Positions 29,802 through 39,972 of a DNA stretch of 64,000 bases are shown one piece after another. The stretch lies in assembly GCA_965261735.1 (NCBI GenBank), contig OZ253470.1:2176001-2240000 (forward strand). The letters run 5' to 3'. This DNA comes from Alphaproteobacteria bacterium. GTDB taxonomy: Bacteria > Pseudomonadota > Alphaproteobacteria > SHVV01. A model generated the notes under the pieces. That model did no database searches. It saw nothing but the letters and a program-made list of their open reading frames with translations, and was not told the DNA's origin. Position numbers and translations under genes: made by a program. Position 1 is the stretch's first letter. Each line of letters opens with the position of its first letter.

Positions 29802-30057
29802 CGTCCGCGAATCGGATGGTCGAACGGGCACGGCCTACCAGTTCCCGGGTCGAGACGGCGGGCGCATCGAAGCAGGAATTGAGCCGGCGGCCGATGGATT
29901 TTCAATAGTTGTAGTAGTAGCCGTCACAGACAGGGCGGACGGCGCCGTCCCGCGCGACGATGTGTATCCGGCGTCACAGCCATCCACGAGCAACTCGTTA
30001 TCCTCCGCTCACCGATTTCGATCATTTGTGATCGGACAAAGGAGAGGGAGCCCCACG

Positions 30058-31129
30058 ATGGCATCTCAACCCGGGCGTGGCGCCCGAACGGAGAACAAGC
30101 TTCGCAACGGTCTGTTGGCGACGGCGGGTGCAGCGGCTCTTATGCTCGGTGCCCCCCAGGCCGCCAACGCAACCTCCTACGCGCTGTCCCAGCTGGACGT
30201 GCGCAACCTCATCGTCAGCGGCATCCCGGCCTTTGGCACCTTCTTTTCTTCTCGGCCTCGGTAAGCGCCACCCTCGAGGATACCACCGGCGGCTTCTCGG
30301 CGTCGGACGGTCCCGAAGGTCCACACAGCGCCGGGCCGGTGCTGGCACCGTTCTCCTTGGACCGCGGCATCTCGCCCGGCCTCGTGATGGATCCTGCGCT
30401 CGCTTCGGTGACCCTGGGCGGCGGCGGTCCCATTCCGGCGGAGAACTCGTTCACGCCCATCGGCTACACCGGTTTCCCGGGTCTGCCTAGCTACTCCTAC
30501 GCCGATCACATCCTGACCGACACCTTGATCAACGGTCTACCAGTTGGCCTCCCGACCTTCGGCGGCGACTGGGAAGGCATCGCCGAAACGGCGGTCGTCG
30601 GCGACGTCAAGGGCGCTGGCCTCAGCGGCAACCTGCAGAGCTGGAATTCTTCCTCTCGATCGCTGCGCCCACCATCTCGGTCATCGACTTCGACATCGAT
30701 GCCACGACCATCGCCGATCCCACGAGCGAGGGGCTCCTTGGCAGGACCGCCACCGGCGACGTCTCGCTCGCGTTCGACTTCATCGGCGACCCCTCTGGTC
30801 CCAGTTTTGCGGGTCCCGATGGTCAAGGCGCCACCTACATCCTGAAGTCGACGACGGCGATCGGCGGTTCGATAGTCAGCAAGACCGACGCTGTCGGAAT
30901 CGTGGCCTCGACGGGTGTTGGCGGTGCATTCAAAAGCCCAAGTGGACTCGGCCCGGCATACACCCACGTGACGATGTTCGTCGACCTGGCTCCCGGCGAC
31001 TACACGTTCGCGGTCACCTCGACGCAGAAGTCTGAAGCCTTGGCCGTTCCCGAGGCCATGACGCTGGGGCTGTTGGGTGCGGGCCTGATCGGGCTGGGGC
31101 TGCTGTCGCGGCGCCGCCGCAAGGCCTAA
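30058..31129 (+). pseudogene. PEP-CTERM surface protein with two single-base frameshifts (~30245, ~30645)
   Basis: Signal peptide ...PQAANA-TSYA; C-terminal VPEAMTLGLLGAGLIGLGLLSRRRRKA; coding frame changes twice. Confidence 0.8.
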
Positions 31130-31175
31130 CCGCTCCGACGGACCACCCGACACTTCACCGTTGAATCCAAGAGAC

Positions 31176-31206
31176 CACCGGGAGAAATCCCGGTGAGTTT
31201 CTTTTT
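31176..31206 (+). terminator. Rho-independent terminator
   Basis: CACCGGGA-GAAA-TCCCGGTG followed by AGTTTCTTTTT. Confidence 0.65.
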
Positions 31207-31286
31207 GCGCTGTGCGCTGACTTCGAGGGCTGATCAGCGGGCGGTATGAGCCCACGATCCTCTCCGTCTTAAACCATTGAAAGACT

Positions 31287-31363
31287 TGGCGCGCCCGGCG
31301 GGACTCGAACCCACGACCCCCTGATTAGGAATCAGGTGCTCTATCCGGCTGAGCTACGGGCGC
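31287..31363 (-). tRNA. tRNA-Arg (anticodon CCT)
   Basis: GCGCCCGTAGCTCAGCCGGATAGAGCACCTGATTCCTAATCAGGGGGTCGTGGGTTCGAGTCCCGCCGGGCGCGCCA; cloverleaf with encoded CCA. Confidence 0.97.
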
Positions 31364-31415
31364 GCGGCTTCGTTGTAGGCGCGCGCGCAGGGTCCGTCAA
31401 ACGTGGCGCCAAGGC

Positions 31416-32051
31416 CTACGCGACTTCCTGCGCCGACGGCTCCCAGTGGAACGCCGGGCCGTGCCGCATCATCTCTTCCAGGGTCAGCCTGGGGCAGAGG
31501 TGGCGTTCGATGTAGTCGATCAGGCCCGTGGCCACGCCGCGGACCATCTTCTCGACCTCCGGGTTGGCGCAGCGCCCGTCTTCGCCGAAGACGCTCCGCA
31601 CCCCGGAAACCGATACCCCGCCCGGCAGAACGATGGCGCCGACGTGGGAGAGGACACCCCTCAGGTGCTCGAGCGCCTTGATCGCGCCGATCTGGCCTGC
31701 GGCAACGCCGAGGAGCGCCACCGGCTTGGTCGCCAGCACCGAGGGGAAGCCGAGGTTCTCGATGATGAACTTGGTCACGCTGCTATAAGTGCCGTGGTAC
31801 TCGGGCGTCGCGAAAATGATTCCGGTGGCGGCGGAAACCGTTTCGCGCAGCGCCTTCATCTCCGCCGAATCCGCGTCGGTGCCGGGGAGCGGAAGGGCCA
31901 TCCCGGCCGGGTCGATCACGTGAGCGTCGAAATGGGCGTTGCGATCGATCTCGTCGATCACCAGCGCGAGCGCCTTCGAGGTGAAGTTGCCGGGACGCCC
32001 GGTGCCCAGGACGACCGCGATTTGCGGCTTGCCCATGCTTTGATCGGTCAT
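31416..32051 (-). CDS. NADPH-dependent FMN reductase
   Basis: LGTGRPG, FATPEYHGTYS, KPVALLGVAAG. Confidence 0.92.
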   Translation of the reverse strand: MTDQSMGKPQIAVVLGTGRPGNFTSKALALVIDEIDRNAHFDAHVIDPAGMALPLPGTDADSAEMKALRETVSAATGIIFATPEYHGTYSSVTKFIIENLGFPSVLATKPVALLGVAAGQIGAIKALEHLRGVLSHVGAIVLPGGVSVSGVRSVFGEDGRCANPEVEKMVRGVATGLIDYIERHLCPRLTLEEMMRHGPAFHWEPSAQEVA

Positions 32052-32133
32052 CGTGAGTGTCCTCCCTTCAATCAATCGATCCAATGTCCTCGCTCCGTCG
32101 CCGGGTAACCGCGGCGGGCTGTGCCGCTGAGAG

Positions 32134-32666
32134 CTAGCGAAGGAAGACCGCGAACGGGACCGCGTAGGTGAGCGTGAGCGCTTCGGTGCCGGGGTTGCGG
32201 TCGTCGAGGCCCGCGTTCGAGGTGTGGCTGAAGCTTAACCCGACGCGGGCGCGGGAATCGAAGCGGTAGGCGAGCTCGATCTGCGAGCGGAACTCGACGG
32301 CGTGGCCCAAATCCTTGCCGGCGCCGTCGTGATAGAGCCCGACGGCGAAGCTCGGGCTCGCCACCAGGCGGCGGCCGAAGAAGACGTCGACGAGCACCCC
32401 GCCGTAGCCGTAGACCGCCGAATCGCTCGTGATGGCGAGCCCGGAAAACGGCTTGAAAAACCACAGCCGGATGTCGGAGCGGTACTTGAGCCGAACCTCC
32501 GCCGCCTCCTCGTTGTCGTTGACGTCGAAGCCGCCGAGGCTGAAGGCGAGGAAATCGGGATCGTCGGCCCGCGCCGGCGATACCAGCAACAGAGCCGCCG
32601 CGAGCACTACAAGCGCCGGGGGGGGGCCGCTCGCGCGCGACGCCCTCTATCGCTGTTGGACCGCAT
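32134..32666 (-). CDS. PagL-like lipid A 3-O-deacylase / acyloxyacyl hydrolase; 5' end out of frame at a C9 tract
   Basis: DLG..EFRSQIE, FSHTSNAGL..NPGTE; strong SD GGGAGG before ATG 32666, which is in frame only if the tract is C10. Confidence 0.78.
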
Positions 32667-32797
32667 GACCCCTCCCGTTTGCCGCGCCCCTCGGCGGCGG
32701 GGAGTGTAGTGGAAGCGCGAGGGGGCGCAAAGTAGCGCCAAGCGGCGGAGCCGGCGCGGGCCGCGCGGGCTCCGCGGGCGGTGATATAGTGAGCACC

Positions 32798-33586
32798 ATG
32801 ACGCACCGGCGAGCCCTCGTGGCCGGCCTCGCCATCCTGTTGTGGCTCCTGCCGGCGGTGACGCCGGACGCGGCGGAGGCCGACACCACGGCGGGCGCGA
32901 CCGTGGCCGAGGTGGTGGACGGCGATACCCTGATCCTCGCCGACGGCACCGAGGTCCGGCTCGTCGGCATTCAGGCCCCCAAGCTGCCGCTCGGGCGCAA
33001 GGGCTTCCGCGCGCAGCCGCTGGCCGAGGAGGCCCGCGCGGCGCTCGCGCGCCTGACGGCGGGGCGCGAGCTCGCGCTGTCCTACGGCGGCGCCGAGATC
33101 GACCGCCACGGCCGGGCGCTCGCCCACCTCCACGACGAGGCCGGCACCTGGATTCAGGGAGCGCTGCTGAGCCTCGGCCTCGCCCGCGTCTACACCTTCC
33201 GCGACAACCGCGCCCACGTCCCGGCGATGCTCGCGCTCGAGCGGGCGGCGCGGGAGGACGGGCGCGGCATCTGGCGCCACGCCTACTACCGGGTGCGCAG
33301 CGTAGACGCCAGCGCCGACCATATCGGCAGCTTCCAGATCGTCGAGGGCCTTGTGCTCGATGCCGCCGTCGTGCGCGGCCGCGCCTACCTCAATTTCGGC
33401 CCCGACTACAGGACCGACTTCACCGTCACGATCGCGCCGCGTGATCGCCGCGTCTTCACCGCCGCCGGCATCGACCCGCTCGCCTACGAGGGCCGGCGTA
33501 TCCGGGTGAGGGGCTGGCTCAAGTCCTATAACGGGCCGGTGATCGATGCGACCCATCCCGAGCAGATCGAGGTGCTCGGCGAATGA
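32798..33586 (+). CDS. Thermonuclease (SNase) family protein with C-terminal OB domain
   Basis: VVDGDTL, VRLVGIQAP, DRHGRALAH, AREDGRGIW. Confidence 0.92.
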   Translation: MTHRRALVAGLAILLWLLPAVTPDAAEADTTAGATVAEVVDGDTLILADGTEVRLVGIQAPKLPLGRKGFRAQPLAEEARAALARLTAGRELALSYGGAEIDRHGRALAHLHDEAGTWIQGALLSLGLARVYTFRDNRAHVPAMLALERAAREDGRGIWRHAYYRVRSVDASADHIGSFQIVEGLVLDAAVVRGRAYLNFGPDYRTDFTVTIAPRDRRVFTAAGIDPLAYEGRRIRVRGWLKSYNGPVIDATHPEQIEVLGE

Positions 33587-35034
33587 GGGGGCTTTTGCGC
33601 GCGTTCGCCCTGGCCGCCGCCGTGCTGCTCGCAGGTTGCACGGAGATCAACCCGGCGACCGGGCGCGAGGGCTTCACCCTGTTCATGCCGCCGGCCGAGG
33701 AGGCCCGCGTCGGCGCCGAGGAGCACCCCAAGGTCGTCGCGCGCTTCGGCGGCGTCCACGACGATACCGAGCTCGGCGCCTACGTCGCCGGCATCGGCGG
33801 CCGCCTCGGGCATCATGCCGCGCCGAACGGCTCGCAATTTCGCTTCACCGTGCTCAACAGCCCGGTCGTCAACGCCTTCGCCTTGCCCGGCGGCTACGTC
33901 TACGTGACCCGCGGGCTCGTCGCCCTGGCCAACAGCGAGGCCGAACTCGCCGGAGTGCTGGCCCACGAGATCGGCCACGTTACCGCCCGTCACACGGCCG
34001 AGCGCTATAGCCGCGCCGTCGTCACCCAGCTCGGCACGGCGCTGCTCGGCGCGATCGTCCAGAGCCGCGAGCTCGCCCAGCTCGCCAATATCGGCGGCGA
34101 GCTTTATCTCGCCGGCTTCTCGCGCGAGCAGGAGTTCGAGGCCGACCAGCTCGGCGTGCGCTACCTCCAGAGTACCGGCTACGATGCGGCCGCAGAGGCG
34201 CGCTTCCTCGAAAGCCTGATCCTCGAGAAGGAGCTCGCGAACAAGATCGCCGGGGCCGAGGGCCGCGAGCCCGAGGCGGCCTTCTTCTCGACCCATCCGC
34301 GCACGCCCGAGCGGGTGGCGCGGGCCATCGCAGCCGCCGGCGGCGATGGCGGCGGGCAGGTTCGGCGCGATGCGTACCTCGGCCGCATCGACGGCCTGCT
34401 GTTCGGCGACGACGCGGCCCAGGGCTTCGTGCGCGGGCGCGCGTTCTTCCACCCGGTCAAGGGCTTCGCCTTCGAGGTGCCACCCAGCTTCCGCCTGTTC
34501 AACACCGCCCGTCGCCTCATCGCCAAGGGCCCGCAAGGCGCGCTCATCGTGCTCGATGACGCCGGGCCCAAGACACATCCGGACGTCCTCGCCTATCTCA
34601 CCCGCGTGTGGGCGCCGAGGCTCGGCTTGCGCGAGGTCGAGCGGCTCGATATCAACGGCTTCGCGGCGGCGACCGGGTTCACCCGGGTCGCCACCGCCGG
34701 CGGTACGCGCGACCTTAGGCTGATCGCGATCCGGTTCCGGCCCGACACCATCCTGCGCCTGCAGTTCGCGACGCCGCCCGCGCTCACGGCGCGGCTGTCC
34801 GAGGATCTGCGCCGCACCACCTACAGCTTCCGCGCGCTCGGCGCGCGCGAGGCGGCTGCGCTCAAGCCGCTTAGGATCAGGGTGGTGAGGGTGGCGCCCG
34901 GCGATACGGTGGCGAGCCTGGCCGCGCGCATGCGCTACGACGACTTACGCCTCGAGCGCTTCACCGCGCTCAACCGGCTCAACGCCGGTGTCGCGCTCGA
35001 GCCCGGCGAGCGCGTGAAGCTGGTGGTCCAATGA
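33583..35034 (+). CDS. M48 family zinc metalloprotease lipoprotein with C-terminal LysM
   Basis: LAGC lipobox, NAFALPGG, HEIGH, EFEAD, THP; GDTVASLA LysM. Confidence 0.92.
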   Translation: MRGLLRAFALAAAVLLAGCTEINPATGREGFTLFMPPAEEARVGAEEHPKVVARFGGVHDDTELGAYVAGIGGRLGHHAAPNGSQFRFTVLNSPVVNAFALPGGYVYVTRGLVALANSEAELAGVLAHEIGHVTARHTAERYSRAVVTQLGTALLGAIVQSRELAQLANIGGELYLAGFSREQEFEADQLGVRYLQSTGYDAAAEARFLESLILEKELANKIAGAEGREPEAAFFSTHPRTPERVARAIAAAGGDGGGQVRRDAYLGRIDGLLFGDDAAQGFVRGRAFFHPVKGFAFEVPPSFRLFNTARRLIAKGPQGALIVLDDAGPKTHPDVLAYLTRVWAPRLGLREVERLDINGFAAATGFTRVATAGGTRDLRLIAIRFRPDTILRLQFATPPALTARLSEDLRRTTYSFRALGAREAAALKPLRIRVVRVAPGDTVASLAARMRYDDLRLERFTALNRLNAGVALEPGERVKLVVQ

Positions 35035-35642
35035 TGGTGAGACCGAGCGCCGCGGCCGCCGCCGTGCCGGCTCGCATCCTCGATGCGGTGCTCGCGCGCG
35101 CCGCCGAGGTCGGCTGGGCGCGCGTGCGACTCCACGAGGCTGCTCGCTCGCTCGGCATCGGGCTCGATGAGGTTTATCGCCATTACGCCGACCTCGACGC
35201 CGTCGGCGAGGCGCTCCTAGCGCGCGCCGACGTCGCCATGCTGGCGCTCGCCGAGGAGCCCGGATTCGCCCATCTGCCGGTGCGCGACCGCCTGCACCTC
35301 CTGATCGCGTGTTGGCTCGATTCGCTGGCCCCGCACCGCGCCGCGGTCGCCGCCTTCCTCGGCTACAAGTTCCGTCCGGCCCATGTTCACATGCGGCGCG
35401 CCCTGATCGTGCGCCTGTCACGCACCGTACAATGGCTGCGCGCGGCCGCCGGGCTCGATGCCGCCGGCCGGCGCAAGGACCTCGAGGAGGTCGGCCTCAG
35501 CCTCTTGTTCGTCGCCACGGTGCTGCGCTGGCTCGGTGATCGTTCGGAGGACCAGGAACGCACCCGCCGCTTTCTCGAGGCGCGCCTGGCGGCCGCCGAT
35601 ACGGTGATGGCGCTACTGTGGCCGCCGCGCGGCGAGCCATAG
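35031..35642 (+). CDS. TetR/COQ9-like protein
   Basis: N-terminal HTH; VRDRLHLLI..WL..LAPHR; WLGDRSEDQERTRRFL. Confidence 0.7.
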   Translation: MMVRPSAAAAAVPARILDAVLARAAEVGWARVRLHEAARSLGIGLDEVYRHYADLDAVGEALLARADVAMLALAEEPGFAHLPVRDRLHLLIACWLDSLAPHRAAVAAFLGYKFRPAHVHMRRALIVRLSRTVQWLRAAAGLDAAGRRKDLEEVGLSLLFVATVLRWLGDRSEDQERTRRFLEARLAAADTVMALLWPPRGEP

Positions 35643-35659
35643 ATCGGGAGGGCGGTGCG

Positions 35660-36136
35660 ATGAGGCTCTATCTCGTGCGACACGGCGAAGCGGAGCAGGC
35701 GTCGGGCGATCCGGACCCGCCGCTCAGCGCGCGCGGGAGCGAGGACGTGAGGCGCCTGGCCGCCTTCCTCGGCGACGGCGTTCGCGTTGTGCGCGTCCTC
35801 CACAGCGGCAAGCGGCGCGCGCGCCAGACGGCCGAGCTGCTCGGCGCCACCTTGGCGCCCGGAATCGCGGCCGAGGAGATAGCCGGGCTCGCTCCCAACG
35901 ACGACACCTATGCGGTCGCACGGGACATCAAATCGTGGCACGAGGACACGCTGATCGCCGGCCACCTGCCCTATATGGGCCGGCTGGTCGCCTGCCTCGT
36001 CGCCGGGACGGAGGCGGGCGCGCTCGTAACCTATCCGCCCGGCGCCGTCGTTTGCCTCGAGCGCGCGGGCGGCGCGGGCTGGGTCATCTGCTGGGCGTTG
36101 TCGCCGGAGCTTTTGGGTCCGAGTGCCGGACCCTAA
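35660..36136 (+). CDS. sixA: Phosphohistidine phosphatase SixA
   Basis: LYLVRHGEA, HSGKRRARQTAE, AGHLP. Confidence 0.9.
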   Translation: MRLYLVRHGEAEQASGDPDPPLSARGSEDVRRLAAFLGDGVRVVRVLHSGKRRARQTAELLGATLAPGIAAEEIAGLAPNDDTYAVARDIKSWHEDTLIAGHLPYMGRLVACLVAGTEAGALVTYPPGAVVCLERAGGAGWVICWALSPELLGPSAGP

Positions 36137-37020
36137 TGGACGACGAGGCCGACCGCGGCCGGATCGCCGACGCGACGTGTGATCGATTCGCGCAGCTTGC
36201 CGAGCGCCTCCTGTTCGATCTGGCGCACCCGTTCCTTGCTGATGCCGAGGCGCAGGCCGAGCGCGGCCAGGGTCAGGCCCTTGTCGCGCAGGCGACGCTC
36301 GCGAATGATCGTCTGCTCGCGCTGGCTGAGCTCGCTCACCGCGGCTTCGAGCCAGCCTGCCCGAACCTCGGCCTCGAGGCGCGCGATCGTGGCCTCCTCG
36401 GGCGAAGGTGATTCATCGACCAGCAGATCCTGCCACTCGCTCTCGCCGAAGCCGCCGACCAGGTCGTTGAGCGACTTGTCGCTGGCGGCGAGGCGCGCGT
36501 CCATCGCGCCGACGTCGCGCTCCGGGACGCTCAGGGCGCGCGCGATCTCCGCCCGCCCCTCGGTACCGAGATAGCCGGCGTGCGCGCCATCGATGCGGGC
36601 GCGCAGGCGTCGCAGGTTGAAGAACAGCGACTTCTGGGTCGCGGTCGTGCCGGTGCGCACGATCGACCAGTTGCGCAGCACGAACTCCTGGATTGCCGAA
36701 CGGATCCACCAGCTGGCGTAGGTCGAGAAGCGCACCCTGCGCTCGGGTTCGAATCGCGCCGCCGCCTGCATGAGGCCGACGTTGCCCTCCTGCACCAGGT
36801 CGCCGAGCGGCAGGCCGTAGCCGCGAAAGCGCGTCGCCGTGCTGACCACGAGCCGGATGTAGGCGGTGACGAGCGCGTGCAAGGCGTCCTCGTCGCCGTG
36901 GTCGCGCCACCGTCGCGCGAGCTCGAACTCGCGCTCCTCGGCCAGCATCTCGCTCTTCATGGCGCGCCGGATAAAGCGCCGGTTGGCGAGTTGGGTATCG
37001 CGGGTATCGATGTAGCCCAT
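36133..37020 (-). CDS. rpoH2: RNA polymerase sigma-32 family factor (RpoH2-like)
   Basis: DLVQEGNVGLM, RFSTYASWWIR, RpoH box TQKSLFFNLRR, ISKERVRQIE. Confidence 0.9.
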   Translation of the reverse strand: MGYIDTRDTQLANRRFIRRAMKSEMLAEEREFELARRWRDHGDEDALHALVTAYIRLVVSTATRFRGYGLPLGDLVQEGNVGLMQAAARFEPERRVRFSTYASWWIRSAIQEFVLRNWSIVRTGTTATQKSLFFNLRRLRARIDGAHAGYLGTEGRAEIARALSVPERDVGAMDARLAASDKSLNDLVGGFGESEWQDLLVDESPSPEEATIARLEAEVRAGWLEAAVSELSQREQTIIRERRLRDKGLTLAALGLRLGISKERVRQIEQEALGKLRESITRRVGDPAAVGLVVH

Positions 37021-37202
37021 GGCACGGTCCTACGGCCTCGCCGCCAGGGCGCGACCAGTAAGCATTATATCTGATCGAATATAACGCTCGTCAAGTGGCC
37101 ACCCGGCCGGTTTGGGCGCGTGGCCGCCCGAAAGGCGAGGGCACTCCTTGTCGGACCGGTTTAGAATGCCGCTACTTGGTCCCTGCAACGGGAGGAGAGG
37201 GC

Positions 37203-37556
37203 ATGACCAGCGCCATCGACGTTGTGCGCGCGTACCACGACGCGTTCTCAAAAAAAGACCTCACGGCGCTCCGTGCGGTCTTGAGCGACGACTTCACGTT
37301 TCACGGACCCATGATGACGGCGGCGAGCGGCGATGAGTTCGTCAGCCAATTCGAGCATTTTCCGTTCACCATGCAATTCGACAGCTCGCGCATGATAGTC
37401 GACGGCGACAATGTCGCGCACCTATTCGATTTCGTCGTGATCGCACCGGCGGAGGGGCGCGTTCGGATGTGTGAGTGCTTCGAGGTCAAGGACGGGAAGA
37501 TCAAGTCCTCCGAGCTCTATTTCGATCCCGCGACCTTCCCCAATCCCGAGGCCTAA
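37203..37556 (+). CDS. SnoaL/NTF2-like protein
   Basis: VVRAYHDAF..LSDDFTFHGP..VKDGKIKS. Confidence 0.85.
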   Translation: MTSAIDVVRAYHDAFSKKDLTALRAVLSDDFTFHGPMMTAASGDEFVSQFEHFPFTMQFDSSRMIVDGDNVAHLFDFVVIAPAEGRVRMCECFEVKDGKIKSSELYFDPATFPNPEA

Positions 37557-37559
37557 GCG

Positions 37560-37889
37560 ATGGCGTTCGACGAGGGCCTCGCCACGCGGGTGCGCGAGCA
37601 ACTCGCGGCCCGTATCGATATCGACGAGCGCAAGATGTTCGGCGGCCTCACCTTCATGCTGGCCGGGAACATGTGCTGCGGTGTCGCCAAGGACGAGCTC
37701 ATGGTGCGCGTCGGAGTGGAGCGCGAGGCCGAGGCCCTCGGCGATCGCCATGCCCGTCCCTGCGACTTCACCGGCCGGCCGATGACGGGCCTGGTCACGG
37801 TCTCGACCGAGGGCTTCCGCACCGACGCCAACTTACAGAAGTGGGTCGAGATGGCGGTGGCCTTCGCCTTGTCATTGCCGCCTAAGTGA
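37560..37889 (+). CDS. TfoX/Sxy N-terminal domain protein
   Basis: ERKMFGGLTFML.GNM, LMVRVG, FTGRPM. Confidence 0.9.
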   Translation: MAFDEGLATRVREQLAARIDIDERKMFGGLTFMLAGNMCCGVAKDELMVRVGVEREAEALGDRHARPCDFTGRPMTGLVTVSTEGFRTDANLQKWVEMAVAFALSLPPK

Positions 37890-37905
37890 GGCGCGGCGCC
37901 GCCGC

Positions 37906-38712
37906 TCACACCTCGATGGCGTCGACGCGGGTGCCTTCGAGGTCGAAGCAGGCCGCCATGAGGGGCCCGCCGAAACCGGCGCCCGCGTCGATGGAGGCGG
38001 TGAAGGCGGTTTCCGCTGGTCCCCGGTGGAGCCGGTCGTAGCCGCGCACGACGCGGCGGAAGCCCGCGTAGGGCTCGGCGATGTCGGCGAAGTAGCCGCT
38101 GCCCCACCACAGCGTGTCACCCTGTTCCGTGAGCGGCCGGCCGGGATCGATACCGGCGTGGAGGAACAACAGCTCGCCGCCTTCGGTGTAGGCCGCCCGG
38201 CGTAGGGCGTACAACAGGTCGTCGTGGCCGGGATGGCTGTGCATCGCCGCCCGGGTCTCGCTCGTCCAGCGCGTCGTCGCCAATGCGCCTTCACGAAAGC
38301 GCGAGCGCGCCGCATCGGCATTCCCGCCATAAGCCATGAGCGTGGCCGCAACGCCCTGGGTCATCATCCAGTCGAAGACCTCGCTCGGCCCGACGGCGAA
38401 CTGGAGCTGCAGCAGCTTGTGCCACATCTCCTCCTGGGCGCCCCGCAGGTACACGATGTCCTCGCTCTCCATGCCGGGCAGGGTCAGGATAAGGCGGCGA
38501 AAGCGGACGAGCGCGTCGAGCGTCGCGCAGATGTGCTCGCCGCGGCCGAGGTAGTTGCCGAGATAGACGAGCCGGTCGCCGCGCTCGAAACGCTCGCCGA
38601 CCGCCTCTTGCAGGGCTTCGAGCCGCGCCGCCTCGCCGTGGACGGCGGCGACCGCCCACACCCGGCGCGCCGCGGTCAGGACGGCGAAGCGTTCGTCGCT
38701 GGCATCAGCCAT
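37906..38712 (-). CDS. Metallophosphoesterase-fold protein with degenerate metal motifs
   Basis: AAVHG, YLGNYLGRG, LRGAQEEM, FLHAGIDP, VVRGY, IDAG in PPP/ApaH motif order. Confidence 0.75.
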   Translation of the reverse strand: MADASDERFAVLTAARRVWAVAAVHGEAARLEALQEAVGERFERGDRLVYLGNYLGRGEHICATLDALVRFRRLILTLPGMESEDIVYLRGAQEEMWHKLLQLQFAVGPSEVFDWMMTQGVAATLMAYGGNADAARSRFREGALATTRWTSETRAAMHSHPGHDDLLYALRRAAYTEGGELLFLHAGIDPGRPLTEQGDTLWWGSGYFADIAEPYAGFRRVVRGYDRLHRGPAETAFTASIDAGAGFGGPLMAACFDLEGTRVDAIEV

Positions 38713-38798
38713 GGCGTTGTCCGCAAAGCCTTGAAGTCGCGAAAATTTGGGCTCGGTGAGCGTTCACCCGCAACGTGGGCGCGCGCCGGTGCCCTGGA

Positions 38799-39296
38799 TC
38801 ACGCGGCGCGCAGGACCTTTTCCAGCCGCTCCGTGGCCACGTCCTCGTCGATCTGCTCGACCGCGGCGAGCTCCCGCGCGAGGCGGTCGAGCGCGGCGTC
38901 GTAGAGCTGACGCTCGCTGTAGGACTGGTCCGACTGGCCGGCGCCGCGGTGCAAATCGCGGATCACCTCGGCGATCGATACCGGACTGCCCGAGTTGATC
39001 TTCGCCTCATATTCCTGCGCCCGGCGGCTCCACATGGTGCGTTTCACCCGGGCGCGGCCCTTGAGCGTCGCCAATGCCGACTGCATCTCATCGCGCGTGC
39101 TCAGCTTACGCATGCCGCTGCTGGCCGCCTTGGCGATCGGAACCCTCAAGGTCATGCGGTCCTTTTCGAACTCGACCACGAAGACGCGCAGCTTGGTGCC
39201 CGAAAACTCCCTATCCTCGACCCCGCTGATCACACCCACGCCATGACTTGGATAGACCACGTAGTCGTTGGTCGAGAATTGTGATTCTTTCGACAT
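38799..39296 (-). CDS. carD: CarD family transcriptional regulator
   Basis: VVYPSHGVG, MWSRRAQEYEAKINSG, QSYSERQLY. Confidence 0.95.
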   Translation of the reverse strand: MSKESQFSTNDYVVYPSHGVGVISGVEDREFSGTKLRVFVVEFEKDRMTLRVPIAKAASSGMRKLSTRDEMQSALATLKGRARVKRTMWSRRAQEYEAKINSGSPVSIAEVIRDLHRGAGQSDQSYSERQLYDAALDRLARELAAVEQIDEDVATERLEKVLRAA

Positions 39297-39588
39297 TCTT
39301 CCGTTCTCACCCGAAACGCTGGCTTCCCGACAACACGAACCATCCCAACGCACCGCCTGGGTGCGCTCCCGATGGAACCCCCTTGAGGCTAACTCGCTCC
39401 AGGACGCGAGGACCGATACGGCGCGCGGGCCCTGCTCAACCCGCCCAAACGACCATCACCACGATGGCAGCCACCATACCACAAGACCGGGGCAAATCCT
39501 AGCCCCAGCGTGCCTTATCGACGCTCGGACGGTGTCAGAACGCGGCCAACGGGTGGCCCGAGCGGGCGGCCTCGCCGGCCCTAGAAGA

Positions 39589-39927
39589 TCAATTCGCCGC
39601 GCCGGGATTGGCGTTGAAGTATTTCTCGAACTTGTCTTTCTCGTCCTTGAAGTCGTCGGCGTCCCCCGGCGGCTCGCCTTTGCGCGTGATATTGGGCCAC
39701 TTCTCCGCATACTCGCGGTTGATCTCGACCCAGCGCTCGAGCCCCTCGTCGGTATCGGGAACGATGGCCTCCACCGGGCACTCGGGTTCGCAGACGCCGC
39801 AATCGATGCATTCGTCGGGGTGGATGACGAGCATGTTCTCGCCCACATAGAAGCAGTCCACGGGGCACACCTCGATACAGTCCATGTACTTGCACTTAAT
39901 GCACTCTTCCTTGACCACGTACGTCAT
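39589..39927 (-). CDS. fdxA: Ferredoxin FdxA
   Basis: [31 protein letters not shown]. Confidence 0.96.
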   Translation of the reverse strand: MTYVVKEECIKCKYMDCIEVCPVDCFYVGENMLVIHPDECIDCGVCEPECPVEAIVPDTDEGLERWVEINREYAEKWPNITRKGEPPGDADDFKDEKDKFEKYFNANPGAAN

Positions 39928-39972
39928 CGCACCCTCTTTGACCCTGGGCCCTGGCGGCGTCCAGGGCGTAAG

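Larger units (their letters stand above)
26820..29830 (-). pseudogene. VWA-domain proteobacterial sortase-target protein fragment, cut by IS1595 and IS256
   Basis: Rejoined frame IRFADETSALFAQP..ASGGTEM..QVVFLTDGAVGNE..LFTIGIGTAPNSYFM..GRGTFTYIG..PVLTDI..DLYA. Confidence 0.8.
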
